A stretch of DNA of 64,000 nt, taken from the NCBI GenBank assembly GCA_963761335.1, contig CAVXGR010000012.1:512001-576000 (forward strand), given 5' to 3'. Shown piece by piece: positions 31,538-41,400 of the stretch. Position 1 is the stretch's first letter, and every line of letters starts with the position of its first letter. Under the pieces are notes generated by a model that was given only the letters and a program-made list of their open reading frames with translations, had not been told where the DNA came from and made no database searches. A program made the translations under genes and the position numbers. The stretch is from an uncultured delta proteobacterium. GTDB lineage: Bacteria > Desulfobacterota > Binatia > HRBIN30 > BPIQ01.

Positions 31538-31680
31538 TGTTGAGTTGTTCGTTGTTGGGTTGTTGGTTGTTGGGTCAGAAGGGAGCGGAGGTGTTTTGGG
31601 GGTGTAGGAGCGGGGGTCGGGGGTCAGGGGTCGGGGGAAGAACTCTTTGCCAACCCCCGACCCCTGACCCCCAACCCCTG
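31538..31680. repeat. Short tandem (7-8-mer) repeats, including an inverted ggggtc(g/a)/(c/t)gacccc heptamer hairpin
   Basis: gttgttgg-type run at 31538-31576; ggggtcgggggtcaggggtcggggg...cccccgacccctgacccccaacccc at 31612-31679. Confidence 0.8.
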
Positions 31681-31746
31681 CAGTCCGGCGCCTGCAACGC
31701 TCCGAAACGCTTCACGACTGTCCGCGATGCTCTTGAGGTGGCGCGG

Positions 31747-32175
31747 TCAGCTTGCCGTCGGGCGAAAGAGATCGATGAGCTCTTTACAATAGCGGACGAC
31801 GGAGCTCAGGTGCTGCGGTGGGGTATTCCCGACTCGGACGACGATCAGGTCGAGCTTCGGGCTGATCAGAATGCGTTGGCCGAAAGCGCCGCTGTAGAAC
31901 AACCCGAGGCTGCCCGCGGCGTCGGCGTCTTGCCGATAGCGCTCGGCGACGATGGCGCCATGCTGTACGACGACGACCGCATTGGTGCGGCCGAGGTCGT
32001 CGGGTTCCGGATCGGTGAACGCATGGTCCAGCGTGCGCTCGAGAGCGGCGCGATCGACGCGCGAGTCGAGCCCCTCTCGCGGCCACACCGCGGTCGGCCA
32101 GGTGAGGTGAGGAGGATGCGGCCGCAGTGGCAGAAGAGCAGGGGGATCGACAGGCAGTGCTCCAAAGCGAGTCAT
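31747..32175 (-). pseudogene. Serine hydrolase (beta-lactamase/AmpC family) with the catalytic core deleted
   Basis: N-terminal WPT..WP and AVVVVQHGAIVAERY joined to C-terminal GAFGQRILISPKLDLIVVR; no SxxK or YxN. Confidence 0.7.
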
Positions 32176-32285
32176 CTTTCGACCATAAGTCGGTGACGGT
32201 CGGCTGTGCAATAGCCGCTAGCGCCCACTCTTCTTGCCGAGCTCTCGAATTGGCTCGTGGACCCGCCTTTGGGCTTGGCTCGGCC

Positions 32286-32362
32286 GACTGCCCTGGATCC
32301 GCTTCCTCAACCCATGCGATGAAGGGCGCAGAGCTTGTTTCCGGACGGATCGCGCAGATAGG
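32286..32362 (-). pseudogene. C-terminal scrap of a VOC/glyoxalase gene
   Basis: Reads AYLRDPSGNKLCALHRMG-stop. Confidence 0.6.
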
Positions 32363-32405
32363 CTCTCGGCCCGATGTCCGCAGGTGTTGCGTTCGGGGGT
32401 GTTAG

Positions 32406-32591
32406 TTAGGGACTTCGCATTCCCCCTAACACAGCCAACCCCTGGATCTCCGCGCCGCACTCCAGACAGAATTTCGCGTCCACCGGAAGCTCTGTCGCGC
32501 AGCTACTGCAGCGCAGCGCCAACGCCTGCCCGCAGTGCAAGCAGAGCTTGGCCTTCTCCGGGTTCTCATGTCCGCAGCTCGAGCAGTCCAC
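32406..32591 (-). pseudogene. Double zinc ribbon N-terminal remnant
   Basis: CSSCGHENPEKAKLCLHCG...CSSCATELPVDAKFCLECG, ending in a short-repeat hairpin. Confidence 0.7.
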
Positions 32592-32689
32592 CTTGGCACC
32601 TTAGCCGACTCAAACCTTCGGTTGCGACCCCCGGGGAGTGTCTATTTCTCGAGGCACGCGATCCACCCCGCGATCGATGACCCGGTTCA

Positions 32690-32770
32690 GCCTCGGCCCC
32701 GCGGCCAGCCGCTGCGCGTAGCCCTCGGCGCCGATCTCGCAGTAGAGAGCGAGCGCTTCATCGAGGCCCG
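32690..32770 (-). pseudogene. C-terminal remnant of a STAND-TPR gene
   Basis: LDEALALYCEIGAEGYAQRLA, same motif as at 1-60. Confidence 0.55.
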
Positions 32771-32910
32771 GGCAGGCGCTCTTGCGTGGGAATCTCGGCG
32801 CCGATGCCAGCGCTGGTTCGAGAACCACGGCTGTAGAAAGTTGGCGAATTTGGGGAACCAAGGCTTCGCACGCGTGCGGCTCCCGTGCCGATCGTGCTAT
32901 CCTCGGAAAC

Positions 32911-33180
32911 GTGCAAACGGTCGATGCGAAGATCCGTCTGGCACGCACCTACGTCTGGTGGCAAGCCCCCGAGATCACCTTGCGTGATCCGCACAAGCTG
33001 TTGTGTCAGGTCCTGCGCTACGGCCGCCCGGAGGACTACGTCGCGGCCGTCGAGCTCTGGGGGATCGAGGCCTTGCGCGCCGCGCTGCTCGCGGCGCGTC
33101 GGGGCGAAATCGACGCCAAGTCCACCCACTTCTGGAAGCTCTACCTCGGGGTCGCCGAGGACGTAGAGAGGTCGGCGTGA
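32911..33180 (+). CDS. Small putative antitoxin partner of the AbiEii gene
   Basis: YVWW..P...QVLRYG..ED...FW; GTGA overlap with the downstream nucleotidyltransferase. Confidence 0.7.
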   Translation: MQTVDAKIRLARTYVWWQAPEITLRDPHKLLCQVLRYGRPEDYVAAVELWGIEALRAALLAARRGEIDAKSTHFWKLYLGVAEDVERSA

Positions 33181-33827
33181 TCCGTATCGACACTCTGCCC
33201 GCGGCGCAACGGCGGTTCTGGGAACAGGATGCGCCGCAGCTTCCACCCCACTGGGTGCTCTACGGAGGGACGGGGATCGCCTTGCAACTGGGACACCGCA
33301 GCTCTGTCGACTTCGACTTCTTCTCGTCCGATCCGCTCGACCGGGCAGCCTTGCGGCGGAGCTGCGCTGCAGTGCGCGAGGCGAAAACGATTCAGGACGA
33401 ACCCGACACCCTGTCCGTCATCGCGGACATCCTTGGCGATCCAGTCAAAGTATCCTTCTTCGGCGGGATCGATTTCGGGCGGGTGGGTGACCCTGCCGCA
33501 GTCGGCGGGCGGCTCACCGCTTCGCTCCTGGACCTGTTCGGTACGAAGCTGGCCACGATCACCCAGCGCATCGAGAGCCGCGATTACATCGACATCGCGG
33601 CGCTGCTGCGCGCAGGTCTCGACATCAACCAGGGGGTGGGAGCACTCCTGGCCCTGTACGGGAACCAGGCCAGCGGTCTGCAGTCGGTAAAGACCATGGT
33701 GTGGTTTGGCGATGGCGACCTCGACCGCGCGCTGCCTGCCGACGTCAAGGAGGTACTCAGGCGTGCGGCAGCGCAATACGACGCACGGACCGGTCCCCTT
33801 CCAAAGAGGTCGCCGCGGCTCGACTGA
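33177..33827 (+). CDS. AbiEii/AbiGii-family nucleotidyltransferase toxin
   Basis: LYGGTGIALQLGHRSSVDFDFF, K..TI.QR...RDYID. Confidence 0.88.
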   Translation: MIRIDTLPAAQRRFWEQDAPQLPPHWVLYGGTGIALQLGHRSSVDFDFFSSDPLDRAALRRSCAAVREAKTIQDEPDTLSVIADILGDPVKVSFFGGIDFGRVGDPAAVGGRLTASLLDLFGTKLATITQRIESRDYIDIAALLRAGLDINQGVGALLALYGNQASGLQSVKTMVWFGDGDLDRALPADVKEVLRRAAAQYDARTGPLPKRSPRLD

Positions 33828-33879
33828 CCTCGGGATTCCGAAAAGATCGCCGCGAGTAGGAAGCTCATCTCCCTTTACA

Positions 33880-33963
33880 CCTGCTCCATGGCCTTGGCCG
33901 CGCGAGCGGGTTCGCGTGCCTGCAGGAAGCGCAGGCGGGTTGCAGCGCGGCACCGCAGCCCAT
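33880..33963 (-). pseudogene. Zinc-ribbon remnant
   Basis: MGCGAALQPACASCRHANP, just downstream of a TPR-gene stop. Confidence 0.45.
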
Positions 33964-33988
33964 CTCGTGCGCGTCCATTTGCGGCACT

Positions 33989-35060
33989 CACTCCGCCAGC
34001 AGCGCGTCGATCTGCTGCACGCGCAACGGCGCACCCAAGGATGCCGAGGCGGTAGTAGGCCACCGCACGGGAATAGGGGCTGCCGATCCTCTCGGCGATC
34101 TCGACGGCTCGCTGGCATGGGCCCAGACCGCTCTCGACATCGCCGGCGAGGTCCGCCGCCGCGCCGAGCCAGGTCAGGGCCCAACCCTCGGTCTCCGTAT
34201 CGTCGTACCGTCGCGCCAGCTCGACGCCCTGCTCGATCTGCGCTCTCGCGGTCTCCAGGTTGCCGACGTGCATCGTGAGCTGTCCCAGCACGAACTGGCC
34301 CCACGCCGCGGCGCTGAGACCCCAAAGGGAGAAGCCCCATTCGGGGTGTGCGGGCGTCGGCTCGAGCAACGCCTCGGTGAGCTCGCGCGAGCGGGTCAAC
34401 TGCCCCGCACAGAAGAGCGGGTAGGCGCCTGTCCACGGAGCGAGCGCTCGCAGCTCCTCGTCCTCGGCTTGCAACAAAGGCGCCGGCCATCGAGGGCGTC
34501 GTCGCCGATCTTGCCGACGATCACCTCGCCCGAGTTGATCCCGATGCGCGCCGAGAAGTTGAGGCCGCGGCGCAGGCGCAGCTCCTTGGCGTAGGCGCGC
34601 AGCCCGTCGAGCAGGTGCAGGGCTGCGTGGCAGGCGCGGCGGGCATGGTCCTCGTGCGCAATCGGCGCGCCGAAGAGCGCCATGATGCCGTCGCCGGTGT
34701 ACTGGTTCACCGTGCCTTCGAACCGGTGTATGCCCTCGGCAAGAATCTGGAAGAAGCGGTCGAGGATCTGATGCCATTCCTCGGGATCGACCTGGCTGGC
34801 CAGCTCCATCGAGCCCTTCACATCGGCGAACAGGACAGTGACCTGCTTGCGTTCACCTTCGAGCGCGGACTTTGATTGCAGGATTTTGTCGGCGAGGTGT
34901 TTGGGAGTGTACCTGCGCGGACTCCGGGCGAGGTTGTTAGTGTTCGGTTGTCGGGTGTCAGGTCGGAAGAGCTGCGTCCACCACCAGGCAGAGCAGTGCC
35001 GCACTCGAGGCAGAACTTCGCGCGCTCGGGGTTCGTGTGGCCGCAACTGGCGCAGTTCAT
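33989..35060 (-). pseudogene. Zinc ribbon-class III cyclase-(ATPase deleted)-TPR gene, with several deletions and frameshifts
   Basis: MNCASCGHTNPERAKFCLECG; YTPKHLADKIL..EGERKQVTVLFADVKGS..NQYTGDG..HEDHARRAC..GINSGEVIVGKIGDD; then TPR-like text ending LGAPLRVQQIDALLAE-stop. Confidence 0.8.
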
Positions 35061-35281
35061 AGGAGCCTCACTTGCCCGGCCTGTCGCAGGGCGGCGTTTC
35101 GGCGCGCGTCGATCTCGGGGCGCGAGACGCCGATGCCGCGCTGAAACAGCTCCAGCGACACACGCGGCTCGACGCGGCGCGCTTCGTTGGCGGCCGCGCG
35201 CGCTTCCTCGATCCGACCGAGCGCGGCGGCGCTCATGGCGACGTAGCCGTAGCCCCAGACATACGCGGGGCGCAGTGCCAC
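35057..35281 (-). pseudogene. C-terminal TPR remnant
   Basis: LGRIEEARAAANEARRVEP...AALRQAG; its stop overlaps the ATG of the next remnant. Confidence 0.6.
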
Positions 35282-35284
35282 TAG

Positions 35285-35467
35285 CTAGCAGCTAGCAGCT
35301 AACCCCGTAACCCCCAGCCCCGTGATCTGAGCGCCGCACTGGGCGCAGAACTTGGACGCCGGCATGAGCTCGGCGCCGCAGCTCTCGCAGCGCGGCGCGA
35401 ACATCGCTCCGCACTCGGGGCAGAACTTGGCCCCTTCGGGAGGGGCGTGGCCGCAGGGCGTGCTCAC
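35285..35467 (-). pseudogene. Double zinc ribbon remnant translationally coupled to the giant gene
   Basis: GTGA overlap; PCGHAPPEGAKFCPECG...CESCGAELMPASKFCAQCG, ending at a short tandem repeat. Confidence 0.7.
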
Positions 35468-38400
35468 GCGGTTTCCTCCGCCGCGGCAGCGGCGCACAGC
35501 TCGTTGAAACGCGCCACGGCGCGCTCGGCGTCGTCGAGGTCGAAGACCTCGACGATAAAGATGCGGTCGCCGTCGGTTAGCCAGACGACGATGAAGACGT
35601 TCTCGAACGGACCGCCGCCGGCAACCGTCCCGAATTGCCGCGTGCGCGCGACGTGGCCGTGGCCGTTCCACGCCAACGTACAAAATGCCTCGACGTGCAT
35701 CTCGTCGGCGAGATCCGATAGCGCCCGCAGCGACTCGACCCATGCATCACGCCCGAACGTGCCCAGACCGAGGTTGCGGTGGTCGTGATACGCGAGGTCC
35801 GGAGCGAGCGATGCGCGCACAGTCTCCCAGTCCCCGAGCCCCGCGGCGCGGAACAAGGCGGCGATGGGAGCCTGGCCGCCGGCGGCGCCCTCGGCGGCGA
35901 CGAAGCGGGCGTGCGCCTCGTCGAACGCGGCCGGGCGGTCGTCGGGGTCGAAGAGGATGGCCCTCCGAAAGCGTCCTTCCTCATCGATCTCGAGGACCCG
36001 GATACGTTCGAACTCGAACGCACCGCCTTCCGGAGCTCCCGACCAGAAGATCTGGTCGATGGAGATCCGTTCGCCGAACGTGCCGATCAGCGGCGTCTCG
36101 ATGCGAACGCCCGGCAACGAGGTCGTGAACTCCGCCGAGGCGATCCACGTTTCGACGTCGCCCTTCACCAGGGCACGCTTGCCGCGATCCTCAAAGACGA
36201 AGTCGGCGCGGACAAGGCCCCGCACCCCCTCCCAATCGCGCGCGCCGACCGCCCGTGCCCACTGCGCGCGCGCCCGCGTCGCCGCGTTCGGCGGGATGCG
36301 CAGCGGATCCTCCTTCGCAGGGCTCCGGAGGACGAGTCCGGGGCTTGTCCGCCGAAGCTCGAAGAGCGAAGGCGGGCGCAGCTCCTCGAAGCGTGCCAAC
36401 GCCGTGTCGAGCGCGTCGATCTCGAAGAACTCCGCGCGGGTGGAGCGGCCGTTGCGGGCCAGTCCGAGCAAGAGATACTCGCTCTCGAAAGGGCCACCGT
36501 CGGGGACCGTCCCTTCCCGTCGAATCGTGACCACAAAGCCGTGGCGGTCGACCGCCGGCCAGGACCAGCCGACCTCGAGCCGCTGGTCCGGCGCCAGCTC
36601 CCAGAGCGCCACGTTGCTGTCGAGATAGGCATCCGCACCTTCGATGCGGCCGAGGCCTGCATGCCGATGATCTTCGATGACGACGTCATCGGCGTAGCGG
36701 GCGCGTAGCCGCGGCCGGTCGTGGCTGTTCCACGCGTCGGTGATCTCCGTCAGCAGCTCCACCCACGGCGCCGCGACGGGATCGATCGCCGCCCAGCGTG
36801 CCCACGCCTCGCGCTGCGCGGCGCGCATGTCGTCGGGGTCGAAGAAGATCAGCGCGGTGCAGAGCCCGGCCTCGTTCACCTCGTGCACCGCGAGGAACTC
36901 GACCTCGAAGCGGCCATCCGGCGGTCCGCCCGCCCACAGTATGCGTCCGATGGCGACGCGATCGCCCGCGGTGCCGACGATCGTACGGCGCTGGTGACGG
37001 GCGCCCGAAGCGAGGCGCTCGCGTGCCGAGGCGAGCATCAGATCCAGTCCGCCCGAGAGTCCGACGATCCGCCGGCGATCCTCCCACACGAAGTCCGGGG
37101 AGAAGTGCTCGCGCGCCGTGGCGAGCGCCTCCTTGGCGGCCTCGAGGTCAACCAGGTCGAACGCAGCCCAGGCGCGCTCCAGGAACACCGTCGCCGAGTT
37201 TGGCTTCGCGAGCGCCGCGAGCGGATCTCTCCCTACCCCTTCCCTCGCAGGGAAGGGGGCCGGGCGGTTAGGTTCCGCCGCAATCTCCTCGAAGCGCGCC
37301 CGCGCCCGATCGAAGTGGTGCGGGTCGTAGAAGTCGATGCGTACGACCTTGCCGTCGGGATCAACCTCCGACACGACGAGGAACGGGCTCTCGAAGGCAC
37401 CGCCGTCGCGCGTTCCCACCCACATGCTCGACATGATCGATCCCCGAGCGCAGGCCCGGATGTGATCTCCCCGTATGCGCGCGTCCGGGGACAGCGCCTC
37501 CATCGACCGCAGCGATTGGAGGAAGTCGGTGCGCCCGCGCAGGGTTCCCCAGCCCACCAATCGATGATCGTGACCGACGACGGCGGGCGAGTAGAGAGCC
37601 GCCACCGCGTCCCAATCGCGGCGCCCGGCCAGCGCGCTGTGATCGCGCATCCATGCCACGGTGGGAAATTGCGAGCCTTCGCCGGCCTCCCAGCGCGCCT
37701 CGATCTCGGCCCGGGCGGCTTCCTGGTCGTCGATCTCGTAGCGGTCGTAGGCGACGATCGCGCCGCGCTCGCCGGTCTCGATCAGGAGCAGCGAGTCGAT
37801 GGCGCTCGGGCCGACCGAATCATCCGCCATCTCCAGCGTAGAGCGCATCAGCGCCAGCCGCTCGCCGCGCGTGGCGAGGAGGTCGTTGGAAGCGCTGTTC
37901 GAGCGCATCTCGAGCAGCGGACGCGTGAACGCCAGGAATTCGTCGCGATCGAGATCGAGCTGCACCAAGCGCCGATGGTCGCGATAGAGCAGCGCCGTCG
38001 GATGGAGCGCGGCGAAGCGCTCCCCGTCGCGCTGTCGCCACACCGCGATCACCTCGCGCCAGGCGCGCGAGGCGGCGTTCTCGAAGTGCGGTTCCGCGCT
38101 GGTGGGAGCCGCTAGCTCGGCGAGGTGCGCCAGCGCGCCGTCGCGGTCCTCGATGTCGTAGGTGTCTGACCTCGCGCTCCTACCCTGGTCGTCCACTTCG
38201 AAGACGACGAACATCGGCTTCTCGAACGCGCCTCCGTCGGGCGCGGGCTCCGCCTCGCGGCCGGCCAACTCCGCGAAGCGCGCCAGCGCCTGGTCGAGCT
38301 GCTCCACCTCCCACACGTCGGCACACCGTCCCCGGCCGTCCGCATCCAGCTCGATGAGGACGAGCCATAGGTTCTCGAAAGCGCCGCCCGCGTGCGTGCC

Positions 38401-41400
38401 GTGCCAGGCGTACTCGAGTAGCACCGCGTCGGCGCAGGTGCGGACGTGATCGACGCGTTCCTGCGTGTCCGGCGCCAGCTCGATCTGGGCTTGCAGCGTA
38501 GAAACGACAGCCGCCGGGCCGTACAGCGTTCCCCAGCCGACCAGGCGGTGATTCTCCCCTACCAGTTCCGGCACGAAGAGCGTGGACATGGCGTTCCAGT
38601 CACGAGCGGCGAAGAAGCGCAGATAGTCCGCGAGCCACTTCGACGCGCGCGGGTGCGCCGCGGCCTCGCCGGCCTGCCAGCGCGCGTCGAGCTCTGCGCA
38701 GGCGGCGTCGAGGTCGCCGAGGTCCCAGCGCACGTACGCGACGATCCGGCCGCGCGCATCCACCTCCGTAAGGATCAGGAAGGCGATCTCGCTGGGGCCC
38801 ACGTCGGTATCCATGAACACAAAGGTGGAGCGGTTGAGGGCCAGCCGATCCCCGCGGGTCGCCAGCACCTGCGAGTCGCCGCGAAGGGTGCGCCCGTTCG
38901 CGACCTCGCGAGTGAACACAACGTATTGATCCCGGTCGAGCTCGAGCTGCACGACGCGCCGGCGGTCGGACATGCGGAAGTCCTGCGCGAACAACTGCTC
39001 GAAGCGCTGCCAATCATGAGCGACCATGCAGGCGATCACTGGACCAGCCGTCCCGGTCGCAGCGTTTGCAAAGCGCGACTGCGAATATGCAGCGGGAGCC
39101 GCCAGCTCCTCGAAGCGCGCCAGCGCCTCGGCTTCGCGGTCGGGTTCCCACAGCTCGGCCCGCGTCAAGAGCCCATCAGCTCCGAAGGCGAAGAGCACGA
39201 GGAGCAGATGATCGAAGAAGCCCCCGGTGGTTCGTTCGTTGCCGAAATAGGTCTGGCGAACGAGCAAGGTGTCAGGCTCGAGGGCGAGCACGTCGTCGTG
39301 GCGCACGGATCCGGTGGCCAGGTCGAGTTGGCCGCGCCACTGTCCGAGGAACTCGTCCGCCCCTCGCGCGCTCCAGAGTTGAAGACTCCGACGGTCGACG
39401 CATTCGATGAGCGGGGCCGTTGTGGCCGCCACGCGATCGGGGTCGATCGAGCCGTTCCACACCGCAATCGTGCCTGCCGTCGCCTCGGCACGGATGCGTT
39501 CGGGACCATCGGGCAGCAGCTCGGCGTAGCGCTCGTAGAGGCGCGCGATCGCCTCGCCGAGGTGGTCGGTGGCGAAGACCTCGGCGCGCCGGCAACGGCC
39601 GCTCGCGTCGACCTCGAAAAGCTGGATCGCTTCGTTCGCGTACGCGCCGACGTCGTAGCGAGCGCTGGTGGCCCCCGCTGCACCCGAGCGGCGCCGGACG
39701 AGAAGAAGGAACTCGCCGAGCGTCGCGAGCGGCTCGACCTGGTAGTACGGATCGCGCGAGCGGAACAGGCGCTGGAGGGATGCGGTGCACGCGTCGCGTC
39801 CGTACGTCGATCCCGTCGGATGGTCGATTTCCTGATGGTTCTCATGAAAGAGAGCCGCGATCGCTTCGAAGTCGCGCGTGGCCAGGGCAGCGTCGAAGGG
39901 GGCCTGCATCGCGGTCGCCGCGTTGGCGCGCACGCGGCGGCGGACGGAAAGCTTCGGCGCGGCGCTGGCGACGATCTCCTCGAAGCGGGCGAGCGCCTCG
40001 GCTTCGCGGTCGGAGTCGAACCACTCGGCGCGCGCCAGCCGTCCGTCGGCATCGGTGGCGAACAGCACGAGGAAGGGCCGCTCGTAGGCGCCGCCGCCGA
40101 GGCGCGCGGTGCCAGAGTGCATACGCTGGATGAGCAGGGCACCCGGCCGGAGCGCCAGGACGTCGTGCGTGCCTATGACGACGTCGGCGGCGACCTCCTG
40201 CAGGGCGCGATTGTGCGCCAGGAACGCGCCGTCACCGCGCAGCGACCACGTGCTCAGGTAACGGTGATCGACGGACTCGAAGTCGGGCGCGATCACCGTC
40301 GCGTATCCATCGACGTCGCTGGGCGCGGTCAACGTGACGCCGAACGAGCGCGCCGTGGCCGTGGCGCGCTCGCGCTCGGGACCGTCGGGTAGCAGCTCCG
40401 AGTGGCGTTCGTAGAGTCGCGCGAGGGCCTTACCGAGCTGGCGTTCGTCGAACATCTCGACCCGCGCCGCACGCGAGTCCGGTGTCGCCTCGATGAGAAC
40501 GCTCCACTCCACTTCGAGGGCGCCCGCCGGGATCTCGGCGCTCGGCGCGCTCCCCGCGGAGCCGATGTGTACGCGGGCCAGAGCCAGCGCATCGCCCAGC
40601 GTCGCCAACGGCTCGTGCCGAAACGTGAGCCCGAGCTGACGTGCGACGAGGCCTGTGAGACCGTCGATGATCTCTCGTTGGCCCTGCTCTGCGGCGTTGA
40701 AATGCTGCTCGAAGACCAGGTCCTCCGTGTAGAGCGCGCGGATCCCGCTTCCGTCGCCGGTGCGCATCGCGACGTCGAGCCGGCGCACCTGCTCCGTCGC
40801 GGCGTTGGGCCGCACACGGCGTGCGAGCGTCGCGGACGGCACGGGGAGAGCGGCGACGTGCGCCAGAGCCCCAGCCTCGCGAACGTCAGCACGTCCATCA
40901 TCGCGCAAGGCGCGCTCGGCCAACAGGGTGGCGCCCTTCGCTTCCCACAGCTCGATGGCACGACGCCCCTCGGCATCGGCCTCGGCGGCGCGCCCGGCGG
41001 CGCGCAGCGCCACGGCGAGCGCGACACGCGCGTCAGCGTGATCGAGCAGCGCGTCGGTGGCGGCCGCGATGGCGACCGCCGCCTTTGCCAGCTCGACAGC
41101 GGCCGCGTGCTCGCCGCGCTTCGCCATCGCCTCGGCGCGCACGCCGCGCCAGGCGATGGCGGCCTGGAGATCGTCGCCGGCGAGAGCCTCGCTCTCGTGC
41201 GAGATCGCCTCGGCCTCGGCGATGCGATCCTGCGCCAGCAGCGTGCGACCAAGCAGCGCGCCGGCGCGCGCCGCATCGATGCCCAGGCCGAGATCGCGCA
41301 GGCCCAGGTAGGCGCCGCGCAGCAGCCGCTCGGCGGTGGCGTCGTCGCCCTCCATCGCCGCGATGCGTCCGGCGAAGGCATCGGCCTCGAAGAGACGGTG

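Noticed and set aside
30863..35467. Integron cassette array
   Set aside because: No integron integrase and no consistent attC-like sites between the fragments.
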